Shown here in pieces: positions 8,257 through 17,754 of a stretch of 64,000 nucleotides of DNA. The position numbers and the translations under genes were made by a program. Under the pieces are notes generated by a model. It did not search any database. It worked only from the letters and a program-made list of their open reading frames with translations, and was not told where the DNA came from. The stretch comes from Desulfurococcales archaeon (GTDB lineage Archaea; Thermoproteota; Thermoprotei_A; Sulfolobales; NBVN01). The first letter of the stretch is position 1, and each line of letters starts with the position of its first letter. The stretch covers positions 71,929-135,928 of the forward strand of contig JAGDWD010000007.1 in the NCBI GenBank assembly GCA_023255955.1, in the 5' to 3' direction.

Positions 8257-9540
8257 TTGGTGGTTGCTATAGGTAAGGTGCTGAGGTTTACTGGTGTTAG
8301 TGAGGCTCTGGATGCTTTATTGAGGGAGGTCTCCATACAGCTTGAAGGGGAGGTTGTGGATATACTGGATGCTGTCGGTAGGTACTCCTTCAGAGACTAT
8401 ACTTCTCGGGTGGATCTCCCTCCGTTTGATAGGTCAGCTGTTGATGGGGTAGCTACTAGGTTCTCAGATGTCGTTGGGGCCTCGGAGAGTTCTCCTATAG
8501 CTCTGAAGTTAGTAGGTAGCTTAGATACTGACAGTATGGAGATCCCTACTTTAGGGAGGTCTGAAGCCGTGCTAGTTTCTACAGGTGCTCCCATACCTAA
8601 GGGAGCTGATGTAGTTATCCCGATAGAGTACTGTGTAGTGCGTGGTGAAACAGTTCTCGTGTACAGAACATATCCGAGGCTAGCTAACATATCCCTTAAG
8701 GGTGAGGATCTCGTAGCAGGAGATCTCATAGTTAGGAGAGGTACTAAGCTGAGACCCTGGCATATAGCAGCTCTAGCAGCATCAGGATATGAGGAAGTAG
8801 AGGTCTTTAGGAAACCTAGGATAGCCGTAGTAAACACAGGAGATGAAATAGTGCGGGGAGTAATCCCAAATACGACCTACTTCATCATCAGCTCCCTAGT
8901 TAAGGAGATAGGTGGGGAGGTTTCGTACTCCACTATAGTCCCGGACAACGTGGAGAGAATCTCAGAAGCTGTTAGTGAAGCTCTACAGCTATCCGACATG
9001 GTCGTAGTTACGGGAGGTACGTCGGTAGGATCTGCTGATCTAACCTCAGAGGCTATCCTGAGACTTAGTGGGGCTCGTGAGGTCTTCCATGGGATCAGAA
9101 TCAAGCCTGGGAGGACTGCGGGAGCCTATGTAGTTGAAGGTAAACCTGTCTTAGCGGTGTCAGGACTTCCAGTAGCTGCTTTCGTATCCCTCAATCTTCT
9201 TCTAGTACCGATACTCTCAAAGCTCTACGGATCACCCCCAGAACCTAAGCCGACCACTACCGGGATACTAACGAGGAGACTAGCAAACGATGTCGGGTTT
9301 AGATCCTACTACAGAACCATCGTCTGCAGAGATAGGAATAGGAACCTAATCATTCCGCTAAAGCTGACCGGGTCCGGGATACTCTCAACTCTAATAAGGA
9401 GCAACGCTCTCCTGGAGATACCGGAGGAGATTGAGGGCTTGGAGGAAGGCTCTGAGGTAGTAGTCACACTGCTAGGCCCGATAGTAGAGTGTTCGGAGTT
9501 ACCTCAAGTGTTGTTAGATATAGGCCTTCCACATTTTTAA
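8257..9540 (+). CDS. moeA: Molybdopterin molybdenum/tungsten transferase MoeA
   Basis: The 427-aa product has MoeA N-terminal, MoCF-binding (VVVTGGTSVGSADL) and C-terminal domains. The TTG start directly follows an in-frame TAG. Confidence 0.85.
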   Translation: MVVAIGKVLRFTGVSEALDALLREVSIQLEGEVVDILDAVGRYSFRDYTSRVDLPPFDRSAVDGVATRFSDVVGASESSPIALKLVGSLDTDSMEIPTLGRSEAVLVSTGAPIPKGADVVIPIEYCVVRGETVLVYRTYPRLANISLKGEDLVAGDLIVRRGTKLRPWHIAALAASGYEEVEVFRKPRIAVVNTGDEIVRGVIPNTTYFIISSLVKEIGGEVSYSTIVPDNVERISEAVSEALQLSDMVVVTGGTSVGSADLTSEAILRLSGAREVFHGIRIKPGRTAGAYVVEGKPVLAVSGLPVAAFVSLNLLLVPILSKLYGSPPEPKPTTTGILTRRLANDVGFRSYYRTIVCRDRNRNLIIPLKLTGSGILSTLIRSNALLEIPEEIEGLEEGSEVVVTLLGPIVECSELPQVLLDIGLPHF

Positions 9541-9556
9541 GGTTGGATTACTTGTT

Positions 9557-9934
9557 GTGTGTGGACATCAGGTGGTAGAATTCGTGTCGTCGGAGGGAGG
9601 TGAGTTAGGTAAGAAAAGGGATATAAAGGCACTCCTCTCGGTAATTCCCCCAGCTGAAGCTCTGAGAAAGCAGAAGGAGGGGGGAGTCCGAGAGAGGAGG
9701 ATAAAGCTGAGGTACGGTGAGTCAGTGAAGCAGGGTACACTACACATAAATCCAGCACTCGCTAAGGAGCTATCAATCACTGACTACGCTGAGGTCAGTG
9801 TCCATGGCAGGAGAGTGAGGCTGAAGGTCGTGCTGGACGAAGGTGTTCCACCTAGTGAGATATGGGGTTCGAGCGACCTCAAAAGCTACGGTATAGCTGA
9901 TAACAGCATCGTAACGCTGAGAGCTAGCAGTTAG
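9557..9934 (+). CDS. Hypothetical protein; the C-terminal ~70 aa look like a small beta-barrel (CDC48-N / MopB-CT-like)
   Basis: The ORF is 125 aa, contains GTLHINPALAKELSITDYAEVSVHGRRVRLKVVLDEGVPPSEIW, and shows coding-like composition. The true start may be internal. Confidence 0.35.
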   Translation: MCGHQVVEFVSSEGGELGKKRDIKALLSVIPPAEALRKQKEGGVRERRIKLRYGESVKQGTLHINPALAKELSITDYAEVSVHGRRVRLKVVLDEGVPPSEIWGSSDLKSYGIADNSIVTLRASS

Positions 9935-10022
9935 TTAGGCTTAAAAGCACTGAGAGAATAAAATAGTCTTAGGTAGGTGTCCAGCATTTAGCTCCGAACA
10001 CTTAGAGATAACTAAAGATGAG

Positions 10023-11093
10023 TTGAAACAGCTGATAAAGGAGCTCAAGAAATGGAATGCTCATGCAACTACGCTCCTATCCCTCTATATCCCACCTGGT
10101 AGGCCTATAGGAGACATAGTGAACATACTTAGGCAGGAACTATCCATCACAGAGAACATCAAGCTGAAGAGGACTAGATCCAAGGTTCAGTTCGCGTTGG
10201 AGGCCGCTATAGATAGGCTACTGAAGATCCCGAAAGTCCCGAAGAACGGCCTTGTAGTGTTCGCTGGTGAGCATGACGAGACTGAAGATACCATCGTGAT
10301 AGTGTTTTCCCCTCCAGAACCTGTCAACATATTCTTCTATAGAACAGACAAGTACTTCCACACAGAGTTCCTGGAGAGTATGGTTGAGGAGAGCGATATC
10401 TACGGCCTCATAGTTATTGAGAGAGATGAAGCTACGATAGGGCTCCTCAAAGGTGGTGCCATAGTCGTACTTGATGAGCTTGAGGGATATATCCCTGGGA
10501 AGCATAGTAAGGGCGGGTGGTCCCAGAGAAGATATGATAGGATAATAGAGGAGATGGTCGAAGATTTCTACAAGAAAGTCGGGGAGAAAGCAAGTAGCTA
10601 CTTTATACCTCTCCTGGAGTCAGGTAGACTTAAGGGGATCCTAATCGGTGGTCCAGGATATTCTAAGCTTGATTTCGTAAAAGGTTCGTACCTTGACTAC
10701 CGCCTGCAGAAGTTAATAGTGGGAAGCCCTATAGACGTGAGTGCGCAGAGCGAGCCGGGACTTAGAGAGTTAGTGGAGAAAGCGAAGGACTACATCAAGG
10801 AGACGAAGTATCATAAAACTAAGGAGGTGCTCGAAGAATTCAAGTATCATCTAGCAAAGGACGATGGATTAGCAACTTACGGTGAGTCCGAGATATTGAA
10901 GGCTCTTGAACTCGGTGCGGTCGAAACCTTAATAGTAGTTGAGGATCACCCGAAGTTAGCAGAGTTGAAGAGTATTGCGGAGGCGCGGGGAGTTAAGCTA
11001 GTTGTTGTGAGTGAGGACTTCCTTGAGTACGGATGGCTTAAGAAGTCCTTTGGAGGTCTAGTAGCTATATTACGGTACCAGCTAATTAGCTAG
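10023..11093 (+). CDS. aRF1/eRF1-family protein with divergent catalytic and decoding motifs
   Basis: Architecture is aRF1 throughout (LLSLYIPPGRPIGD..., C-terminal GGLVAILRYQL). However, TENIKLKRTR replaces NIKS, FFYRTDKYF replaces YxCxxxF, and PGKHSKGGWSQRRYDR replaces GGQ. Confidence 0.8.
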   Translation: MKQLIKELKKWNAHATTLLSLYIPPGRPIGDIVNILRQELSITENIKLKRTRSKVQFALEAAIDRLLKIPKVPKNGLVVFAGEHDETEDTIVIVFSPPEPVNIFFYRTDKYFHTEFLESMVEESDIYGLIVIERDEATIGLLKGGAIVVLDELEGYIPGKHSKGGWSQRRYDRIIEEMVEDFYKKVGEKASSYFIPLLESGRLKGILIGGPGYSKLDFVKGSYLDYRLQKLIVGSPIDVSAQSEPGLRELVEKAKDYIKETKYHKTKEVLEEFKYHLAKDDGLATYGESEILKALELGAVETLIVVEDHPKLAELKSIAEARGVKLVVVSEDFLEYGWLKKSFGGLVAILRYQLIS

Positions 11094-11396
11094 TTAGCTA
11101 GGCTCCTCTCCACCCTCTCCTTCCTCACTACTCATCAGGTCTAGAAGGATCTCGTAGAACTCCTCCTTTTCTTGCTCTATCTCCTCCTGACTTCTAACTA
11201 CTCCACGACCCTCACTAACGATCGATGTGGTCTTCACCTTAGACTCAGTACTGGACTTGCCGGATAGTTTGTAGCCTGAGCCTGTCTTCGATGTTTCCTC
11301 GTAGCCACAGCTCGGACACTTATAAACATAGCCCTCATTTTTCTTCTGTGGCACCATAACCGTCCCACACTTAGGGCAAAACTTCGTGCCCACCAC
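11094..11396 (-). CDS. Zinc-ribbon protein (TFS/RpoM N-terminal-type ribbon) with an acidic C-terminal tail
   Basis: FCPKCGTVMVP...YKCPSCGYE is a C4 ribbon. The tail is EEIEQEKEEFYEILLDLMSSEEGEGGEEPS. There is no second ribbon. Confidence 0.6.
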   Translation of the reverse strand: MVGTKFCPKCGTVMVPQKKNEGYVYKCPSCGYEETSKTGSGYKLSGKSSTESKVKTTSIVSEGRGVVRSQEEIEQEKEEFYEILLDLMSSEEGEGGEEPS

Positions 11397-11536
11397 CTCA
11401 GATTTTTGGGGGTTGAAGACTTATAAACTTTACCTCAGGTTTCTGGAGGTCCAGGAAGGAGAAGCTTAGCTAGACCTTAGAAATTAGATCTAAGGGAGAG
11501 ATTTAGTTTACTGAGGGTTATTTAGAAAGGTGGTAT

Positions 11537-12427
11537 TCAGCGTTTAGAGAGCTCTATAACTAGATCAGCTATATGTTCAGCAGGGTTTATACCAGTGGCT
11601 CTCATGAAACCCTCCCATTGAGGTGTAGCATTAACCTCGTAGATCACGTAGCCATCCTCCGCCTCACCGACGTCAACCCCGGTATACAGTAGCTTCAAAG
11701 CTTTCGCTGCTCCTAACGATATCTCAACTAGTTCCGGCGTTAATTCAGCTATTTCTGTTCTAGCACCTTGAGACACGTTAGTCTTCCACGTCCCCTCAGG
11801 ACAGTACCTGTATACAGCTCCTAAGACCTTGTCCCCAACTACGAAGAGCCTGATATCTCTGTCATACTTACGTACATACTTCTGCAGGTATATTGGTAGT
11901 CCATGCATCTGAAGGAGTCTACCTACGTTGAATACTGTATCAGGGTCGTTAGCAAGTATACTACCATAGCCCATACTACCGATGAGAGGCTTTATAACTA
12001 CCTTACCCCACTTCTTCGCTATCTCCACAGCGTCGAACACATCCTCAACTACAGCTGTTTCTGGGACGCTAAGCCCAGCCTTCCTCAACTCGAGAATTGT
12101 TCGGTGCTTATCGCGTGCCATCATTATTGAGTCTACCGGATTGACGACCACGGTTCCCTGGGATTCGAGCTGCCTGAGGATATTGACCCTTCTAAGTAGG
12201 GTCTCCAACGTCGCTACACTGCCGAGACCTCGAACCACTACGGCATCTAACTCATCAAGCCTCACATCAGGTCCCGCACCAACCCAGGTATCACTACTAG
12301 AAGCATGTGATACGAGTCTTGAGAACCGTAAGTACATGACCTTCGCAGCACGCTTCATAAATGCCATCATAAGTTGCCTACTACTTGATGTCGGGACTGG
12401 GGCCTCATGTATTATGGCCACTCTCAC
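11537..12427 (-). CDS. ATP-grasp ligase of the RimK/LysX/MptN family
   Basis: The 296-aa product shows the RimK-type pattern (VVNPVDSIMMARDKHRT..., KPLIGSMGYG, YEVNATPQW). Confidence 0.75.
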   Translation of the reverse strand: MRVAIIHEAPVPTSSSRQLMMAFMKRAAKVMYLRFSRLVSHASSSDTWVGAGPDVRLDELDAVVVRGLGSVATLETLLRRVNILRQLESQGTVVVNPVDSIMMARDKHRTILELRKAGLSVPETAVVEDVFDAVEIAKKWGKVVIKPLIGSMGYGSILANDPDTVFNVGRLLQMHGLPIYLQKYVRKYDRDIRLFVVGDKVLGAVYRYCPEGTWKTNVSQGARTEIAELTPELVEISLGAAKALKLLYTGVDVGEAEDGYVIYEVNATPQWEGFMRATGINPAEHIADLVIELSKR

Positions 12428-12599
12428 TTACTATCCCCTAGCGACTAGACTAGAAAGCTTATAATTCAGACTCAACTAGCACCCAGCCATAGTCCAGGCC
12501 TAGACGTGAGTGAAATCTCGCAGGGTTTAACGGTACTGTCCTACAGTCCTCCCAAATTTATAAACCTCCGGAGGAAAACATATGGTGAGGTAGAGCCTA

Positions 12600-12815
12600 A
12601 TGGAAGCTATCCAGGGGAAGAGGAAGGCTGAGAGAGCGTTTATAGCTGCTACCGCCTTGGTCTGGATTATGCTCTCAGCAGCTCTACCCCTAGTAAATAG
12701 GGCCGACGTCCACGTCTTTGGGATACCTATACTCTGGTTCTGGGTACTGCTATGGGTTTTCATGGTTCCAGTGCTCCTTAGCGTAGCTTACTACGTACTG
12801 GAGGTGGCTCGCTGA
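12600..12815 (+). CDS. DUF3311-type small membrane protein (SSS symporter partner)
   Basis: The 71-aa product has two TM helices. Its stop overlaps the start of the SSS gene (ATGA at 12812-12815). Confidence 0.6.
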   Translation: MEAIQGKRKAERAFIAATALVWIMLSAALPLVNRADVHVFGIPILWFWVLLWVFMVPVLLSVAYYVLEVAR

Positions 12816-14242
12816 TGGAGGCGGTAATAGCTTCCTCGATAATATTAGCAGTACTCTTCGTAATGTTCGTAATAGGGGTTCTAGCTTATAGGCTGAGAGT
12901 TAAGGTTCTGAGAGTAGATACGTACATGGTTGCTGGTAGGACCCTAGGGTTCCTAGTAACCTTCCTGAACATGGCTGCTGTCATCTACAGTGGCTTCGCG
13001 TTTCTAGGTGCTGCGGGTTGGGCCTACGCCTACGGTGCTCCCGTGCTCTACATATGGATCTATGGTGCCTTAGCCTACACCCTCGCCTTCTTCTTCGCTC
13101 CGAGGATTTGGGAGACGGCTAGGGGGCAGGGCTTACTGACCCAGTCTGACTTCTTTATGTGGAGGTATGGTAGTAAGCTCCTGATGATACTCACAGCCCT
13201 CGTCGGGATAACGTTTAATATTCCCTACGGCCAGCTACAGATCCTCACAACTAAGTATGTATTAGACCTATCGACGTACGGTGCCCTACCGACACTACAC
13301 ATAGCTGTCCTAAGCTTCGTTCTCACCATGGTATACGTCCTCCTCGGAGGTATGGTTAGCGTAGCTATAACAAACGTGTTTCTAGGTATCATAATGCTAG
13401 CTGGAATGCTCGGTGGAGGACTCTCCCTAATAATCCACTACTTCGGAGGGCTTCCCGGGCTCTTTAAGGCTGTTGAGAGCGTCAAGCCTGAGCACGTGTA
13501 CCTATGGGCAGCTACTGGTAGGAACTCCGTTCAGTGGGTTATAACTGCTGCGGTGGGCAGCGGGCTCGGTTTCTGGGTATGGCCCCAACTAGCTCAGATG
13601 GTGTTCCCCGCTAAAGATGCTAAGGTACTGAGGCGCAGCATAGTCATGACCTCCTGGTACCACGTCCTCGGCATAATCTGGGCCTCCCTAACAGGGCTCG
13701 TAGCTCTAGGGTTAGGCATGAAGCTAGCCGTAGCTGATCACGCGTTCCTAGCTCTCATCAGGGATACCTTCGGGCCCGTAGCACTGGGCTTCATAGGTGC
13801 TGCCGGTATGAGTGCCTCCCTCTCCAGCGCTGCCGGTATAATACTAACCCAGGCTAGCCTACTATCTAGGAACATATACCAGGGTTGGATAAAGCCTACA
13901 GCTAGTGAGAAGGAGATAGTCCTGGTCAGTAGACTAAGCGTGGTCGTATTCACCTTAATAAGTGTTATACTAGCCTACACAGCACCTGCTCACCTAGTCT
14001 ATCTACTGCTAGTTGGCTATACGGGTATAACCCAGATGTTCCCAGGTTGGGTACTAGGGAGTATATGGAGATGGATAACTAAGGAAGGAGTACTAGCTGG
14101 ACTAGTCGTGGGACTCGTAGTCGGTGTACTGACAGTCTTCGTCTGGCCGGATTATCTAGGTATACACTCAATCATATGGGGCTTAATATTCAATCTACCG
14201 ATAACCTTACTGGTCTCCAAGCTTACCTACAAGGGTGGGTAA
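12815..14242 (+). CDS. Sodium:solute symporter (SSS family)
   Basis: It is a 475-aa polytopic membrane protein with typical SSS topology and the DUF3311 partner immediately upstream. Confidence 0.8.
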   Translation: MEAVIASSIILAVLFVMFVIGVLAYRLRVKVLRVDTYMVAGRTLGFLVTFLNMAAVIYSGFAFLGAAGWAYAYGAPVLYIWIYGALAYTLAFFFAPRIWETARGQGLLTQSDFFMWRYGSKLLMILTALVGITFNIPYGQLQILTTKYVLDLSTYGALPTLHIAVLSFVLTMVYVLLGGMVSVAITNVFLGIIMLAGMLGGGLSLIIHYFGGLPGLFKAVESVKPEHVYLWAATGRNSVQWVITAAVGSGLGFWVWPQLAQMVFPAKDAKVLRRSIVMTSWYHVLGIIWASLTGLVALGLGMKLAVADHAFLALIRDTFGPVALGFIGAAGMSASLSSAAGIILTQASLLSRNIYQGWIKPTASEKEIVLVSRLSVVVFTLISVILAYTAPAHLVYLLLVGYTGITQMFPGWVLGSIWRWITKEGVLAGLVVGLVVGVLTVFVWPDYLGIHSIIWGLIFNLPITLLVSKLTYKGG

Positions 14243-15479
14243 GGTGTCCAGGCTAGATATAGTTAGGGAGAACATCGAGTGGGGGATTAAGGTACTTAAG
14301 GACATGGTTTCAATACCTACCGTGAACCCACCTGGAGAGAAGTACGGGGACTTCGCTAAGTACTCTAAAGAGCTTCTAAAGTCTATAGGGTTCTCCGTCA
14401 GGGTATACGAGGTCCCCGCAGACTACGTTAGGAGGTACTACCCAGACTACGCGGGCTACCCTAGGTACATCGTAGTTGGTAGGTACGGTGAGGGTTCTCC
14501 GGTGGTACACTTCAACGGCCACTATGACGTGGTGCCAGCCGGTAGTGGTTGGACTAAGAAACCTTTCGACCCTGTGATTGAGGGTGGCAGGCTCTACGGT
14601 AGAGGATCCTCGGATATGAAGGGTGGCATAGCTGCCTTCATAGCGGCTGCTAAGTCTTTTGTAGAGTCTAGGAGGGGGTTCAGGGGCTCCATAGAGATTG
14701 CTCTAGTACCGGACGAGGAGATCGGTGGCGAGACGGGAGCCGGTTACCTAGTTAGGGAGCTCGGACTTAGGCCAGACTACGCTATAATTGGAGAGCCCAG
14801 CGGCTCCGGAACTATATGGATAGGACATAAGGGGGCCCTCTGGGTTGTGGTGGAGGTCCACGGTAAGCAGGCCCACGGCTCCACCCCGTGGTTGGGCTCT
14901 AACGCGTTTGAGTACATGGTTAGGGTGGCTAGCAGGCTCATGGGGGAGTACCTACCGTACCTAGAGACTAAGAGGAGCTCCTACGAGTACGACGACCCCA
15001 GGGGCGCTAGGCCTACAGCTATGCTAGGCGGGGAGGTTAAGGGAGGGGCCAAGATAAATGTGGTACCGGGCTACTACTCGTTCTCCATAGACCGTAGGGT
15101 AACCCCCGAGGAGAGGTTAGAGGACGTCGAGAAAGAGATTAGGGAGTTCGTAGGGAAGGCTGCCTCTGAGCTACCCAGTAACGTTAGGGTTGAGATCAAG
15201 GTCGTTAACAGGCTACCACCAGCCCTAACTGACCCGAACTCGGACCTCGTAATGGTAGCTAAGGAGGTAGCTAGAGTGGTCCTAGGTGCTGAGCCCAGGA
15301 CTACCGTATGTCTAGGGGGCCTTGACATGAGGTACTACACTGAAGTAGGAGTGAGCACCATAACCTACGGGCCAGGACTACTCGGTACAGCACATATAGC
15401 AGACGAGTATCTACCCGTAGATGACTTCGAGCGTATGGTCTACATATACTACCTAATGCTCGAGAAACTACTTACGTAA
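14235..15479 (+). CDS. M20 metallopeptidase (ArgE/DapE/CPG2 family deacylase)
   Basis: Motifs HFNGHYDVVP, GRGSSDMKGG and PDEEIGG are present. It overlaps the SSS gene by 8 nt. Confidence 0.8.
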   Translation: MGKVSRLDIVRENIEWGIKVLKDMVSIPTVNPPGEKYGDFAKYSKELLKSIGFSVRVYEVPADYVRRYYPDYAGYPRYIVVGRYGEGSPVVHFNGHYDVVPAGSGWTKKPFDPVIEGGRLYGRGSSDMKGGIAAFIAAAKSFVESRRGFRGSIEIALVPDEEIGGETGAGYLVRELGLRPDYAIIGEPSGSGTIWIGHKGALWVVVEVHGKQAHGSTPWLGSNAFEYMVRVASRLMGEYLPYLETKRSSYEYDDPRGARPTAMLGGEVKGGAKINVVPGYYSFSIDRRVTPEERLEDVEKEIREFVGKAASELPSNVRVEIKVVNRLPPALTDPNSDLVMVAKEVARVVLGAEPRTTVCLGGLDMRYYTEVGVSTITYGPGLLGTAHIADEYLPVDDFERMVYIYYLMLEKLLT

Positions 15480-15925
15480 GTCTAGGCTCTTTTTCCCTCC
15501 TGTTGTAACCCTTCTCCACCTGAGTAGTTAGGCTAGTCCCCGCAAGCTAATTATAGGCTAGGGTAGTTACTATACTGATAACTCCGTGAGGCCTGAGGCA
15601 TGCACCCTAGGATACGGTGGCCTAGGTACCAAGGCCTTCACTAAGCCCCTGCGGGAGTTGGATATGGAGCTCGCTATCGAGTTAGGAGGTGATGGACCAG
15701 CGGTAGAGTGCCTGAGTTCTTCGGTTCCTGCCTAGCTCGCTAGGGATGGACTACCTACGGCTTTCGGAACTGGGTGGCTGCAGGAGTTTCGGGGATGACA
15801 TCGAGGATGTGGGTATGGGTAGTTGTTTTAGATCAGAAGGTTTTAGGGTCCACACCCTACGTACTCCACTCCCGGTAGCTAGAGGTACTCTCACGAGGTT
15901 TAGGGGCTCCGTTTCGGTCGTAGAA

Positions 15926-16093
15926 CTCTACTACTATGCTGTGAGAGGGTTCTAGTTCTATCTCATAGGAAGATACTGTCAGACTAGCTCCTCTTTAGGG
16001 GTTTCAGGGTGTAACACGTAGTCCCGCTTAGGGTGTTTGAGTACAGGTTCGCCGGATATGCTGGGGTGGTAGCTGGGGAGCATAGTAGTAGAG
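15926..16093. repeat. Perfect 15-bp inverted repeat with a 138-nt spacer, inside an ORF-free tract
   Basis: CTCTACTACTATGCT (15926-15940) is the exact reverse complement of AGCATAGTAGTAGAG (16079-16093). Confidence 0.8.
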
Positions 16094-16144
16094 AACGCGC
16101 CCTTAGGTGAGGAGAGAACTATGATTTCCTCATAGCACCTCTTT

Positions 16145-16846
16145 CTACCTGCCCTTGCGGTGAAGTAACCTCTTCAGTGCTTCTACACTTACTCCCACGA
16201 ATTCCGTAAAAACCATCTTTACTGATGCTATCAGACCTTTCTCTACATATGTCTCGGCAATTTTCTTCCAATTTATCTTCATTATCGATATCGTTAAATA
16301 GATTGTGACTGCGGCTATACATAGTGCTAGTACCGGATTAAATACCAACCCCTCACCAAGATAGGCATAGATAACTTTAAAGTACGTTGAGATGATCCAC
16401 ACCATGATAACCTTACCGATGAAGACCCCAAAGAAGAAGAGATGTAGGGGGTACTTTGCTACCCCTAGAGGGACGTACACCATGTCATCGGGAGCTGGTG
16501 TTGCGGCAAACAATACGATTAGCAGGAAGGAAGCTTTCTTTGTGTACTTTACGAAGTACTTTAAGTTCTCCTTGGTGCTCTCACCTAGCTTAACCCTGAA
16601 GCTGGCGGCTGTAGCGTAAACTACTATCTTTCCTATGGTCGAACCTAGTGCTGAGGCAAGTACTAGCGCTATCTCAGCACTGAGTCCGAGCCTAACAGCC
16701 TCCCTAGCTATGTAATTAGCTACTACCAGTAAATAAGGAACCCCAACAAAAGGTATTGAATTGGAGACCAAGCTTAACGCAAATACTCCAAGGTATCCTC
16801 CATACGCCCTAGCAACATCTATTAGCGCTTTAACTACGCTCAGCAT
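16145..16846 (-). CDS. DedA/VTT (SNARE-associated) family membrane protein
   Basis: The 233-aa product begins ...LGVFALSLVSNSIPFVGVPYLLVV, typical of DedA, and has multiple TM helices. Confidence 0.65.
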   Translation of the reverse strand: MLSVVKALIDVARAYGGYLGVFALSLVSNSIPFVGVPYLLVVANYIAREAVRLGLSAEIALVLASALGSTIGKIVVYATAASFRVKLGESTKENLKYFVKYTKKASFLLIVLFAATPAPDDMVYVPLGVAKYPLHLFFFGVFIGKVIMVWIISTYFKVIYAYLGEGLVFNPVLALCIAAVTIYLTISIMKINWKKIAETYVEKGLIASVKMVFTEFVGVSVEALKRLLHRKGR

Positions 16847-16964
16847 CTCTCAGCAAGTATAATATTGGGTTAATATAATAAATAAACAGTGACTCAGCTA
16901 AGTAGCTCATCCCGATCCGTCCAGCCGGTGGTGTAGCTGAGGATAATTACTTAGTAGAGTAGCT

Positions 16965-17528
16965 TTATGGCAACTTAACTACAGAGCTTCTCCCAAGGGG
17001 GTCCTCCACTATCAGGGTAAAACCGACCTCACCTTCTATAGCTTTCGATACTTCATCGATTTTCTTGTTACACTCCTCATCTACTTCCTGGCAAAGTCTG
17101 GTAAGTAGTTCATAGACGTTTTCTAGTATACCTCGGGCTGTCGTTATGTATCCCTGTGCGGCTGGTCCTGGTGTTATTTCAATACCTAGTTCCGGGATTA
17201 TTACTGTCGCAGATGATGACTTTATTAGAAGGTAATCGCCGGCTTTTCCTGGTAGTACCTTAACCTCGAACTTCTTAGGCTCACCGTACTCAGCTAGGTA
17301 CACATCTCTGTAGAGAAAGCCGCACTTAGAGCATTTTCCTGACTCTATTACTACCTTACCGAAAAACCTTGTCTCAACAGCATACATAGATATAGTAAGC
17401 TCGTATTCTCCGCACGAAGGACACTTCACCTTCTCAGTACCAAGTAACTCAGGCATCATATAGACATCCTCCAGCGAATTTCCATACATTCGCGATATTA
17501 CCCATACAAGTAGTGGTGTGTAGAGCAT
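16965..17528 (-). CDS. ZPR1-type zinc-finger protein
   Basis: CPSCGEYELT...GKCSKCGF is a C4 motif, followed by a ZPR1-like beta domain. The true start is probably the internal MMPELLG. Confidence 0.65.
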   Translation of the reverse strand: MLYTPLLVWVISRMYGNSLEDVYMMPELLGTEKVKCPSCGEYELTISMYAVETRFFGKVVIESGKCSKCGFLYRDVYLAEYGEPKKFEVKVLPGKAGDYLLIKSSSATVIIPELGIEITPGPAAQGYITTARGILENVYELLTRLCQEVDEECNKKIDEVSKAIEGEVGFTLIVEDPLGRSSVVKLP

Positions 17529-17544
17529 TTATTACCTAGAACTT

Positions 17545-17585
17545 TACAATCGAAGGTCCTGCCTCTCCAGGGCGAGGAAGTAAAC
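17545..17585 (+). repeat. Dispersed hairpin element, copy d
   Basis: Sequence: TACAATCGAAGGTCCTGCCTCTCCAGGGCGAGGAAGTAAAC. The stem is 17558-17565/17570-17577 with loop TCCA. Confidence 0.5.
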
Positions 17586-17754
17586 TTCTATGGTGTTACT
17601 ATAATCTTAGAATGAATAGAATGATTTGAGTCTATATGTGATGTAGGGCTTAGTCCAGCTGTGGCATTGGTATGGTAAGATCGTTAACCTCAGTATAGAG
17701 GGCCTCGTACGGACTCAGGTTAAGTTTGTTATATATTTCACTTATGTGAAGTAA

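Noticed and set aside
15790-16110. SRP (7S) RNA on the minus strand. I saw CCTGTACTC (UGUNR-like Alu motif) and GACCGAAACGGAGCCCC, which resembles the helix 8 sequence GGUCGGAAACGGAGCAGG.
   Set aside because: The tetraloop-closing pairs do not form (C opposite C). The conserved GGAGCA reads GGAGCC. No convincing helix 5/6 could be drawn. GC is only about 50-55%, far below the ~65-70% of the tRNAs here and below what stable RNAs of hyperthermophiles show. An Infernal scan would settle it.
16915-16950. tRNA 5'-half-like sequence GCCGGTGGTGTAGCTGAGG, a possible att-site remnant.
   Set aside because: There is no matching D-stem 3' strand, anticodon arm or T arm, and the following sequence is AT-rich. 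It is most likely chance.
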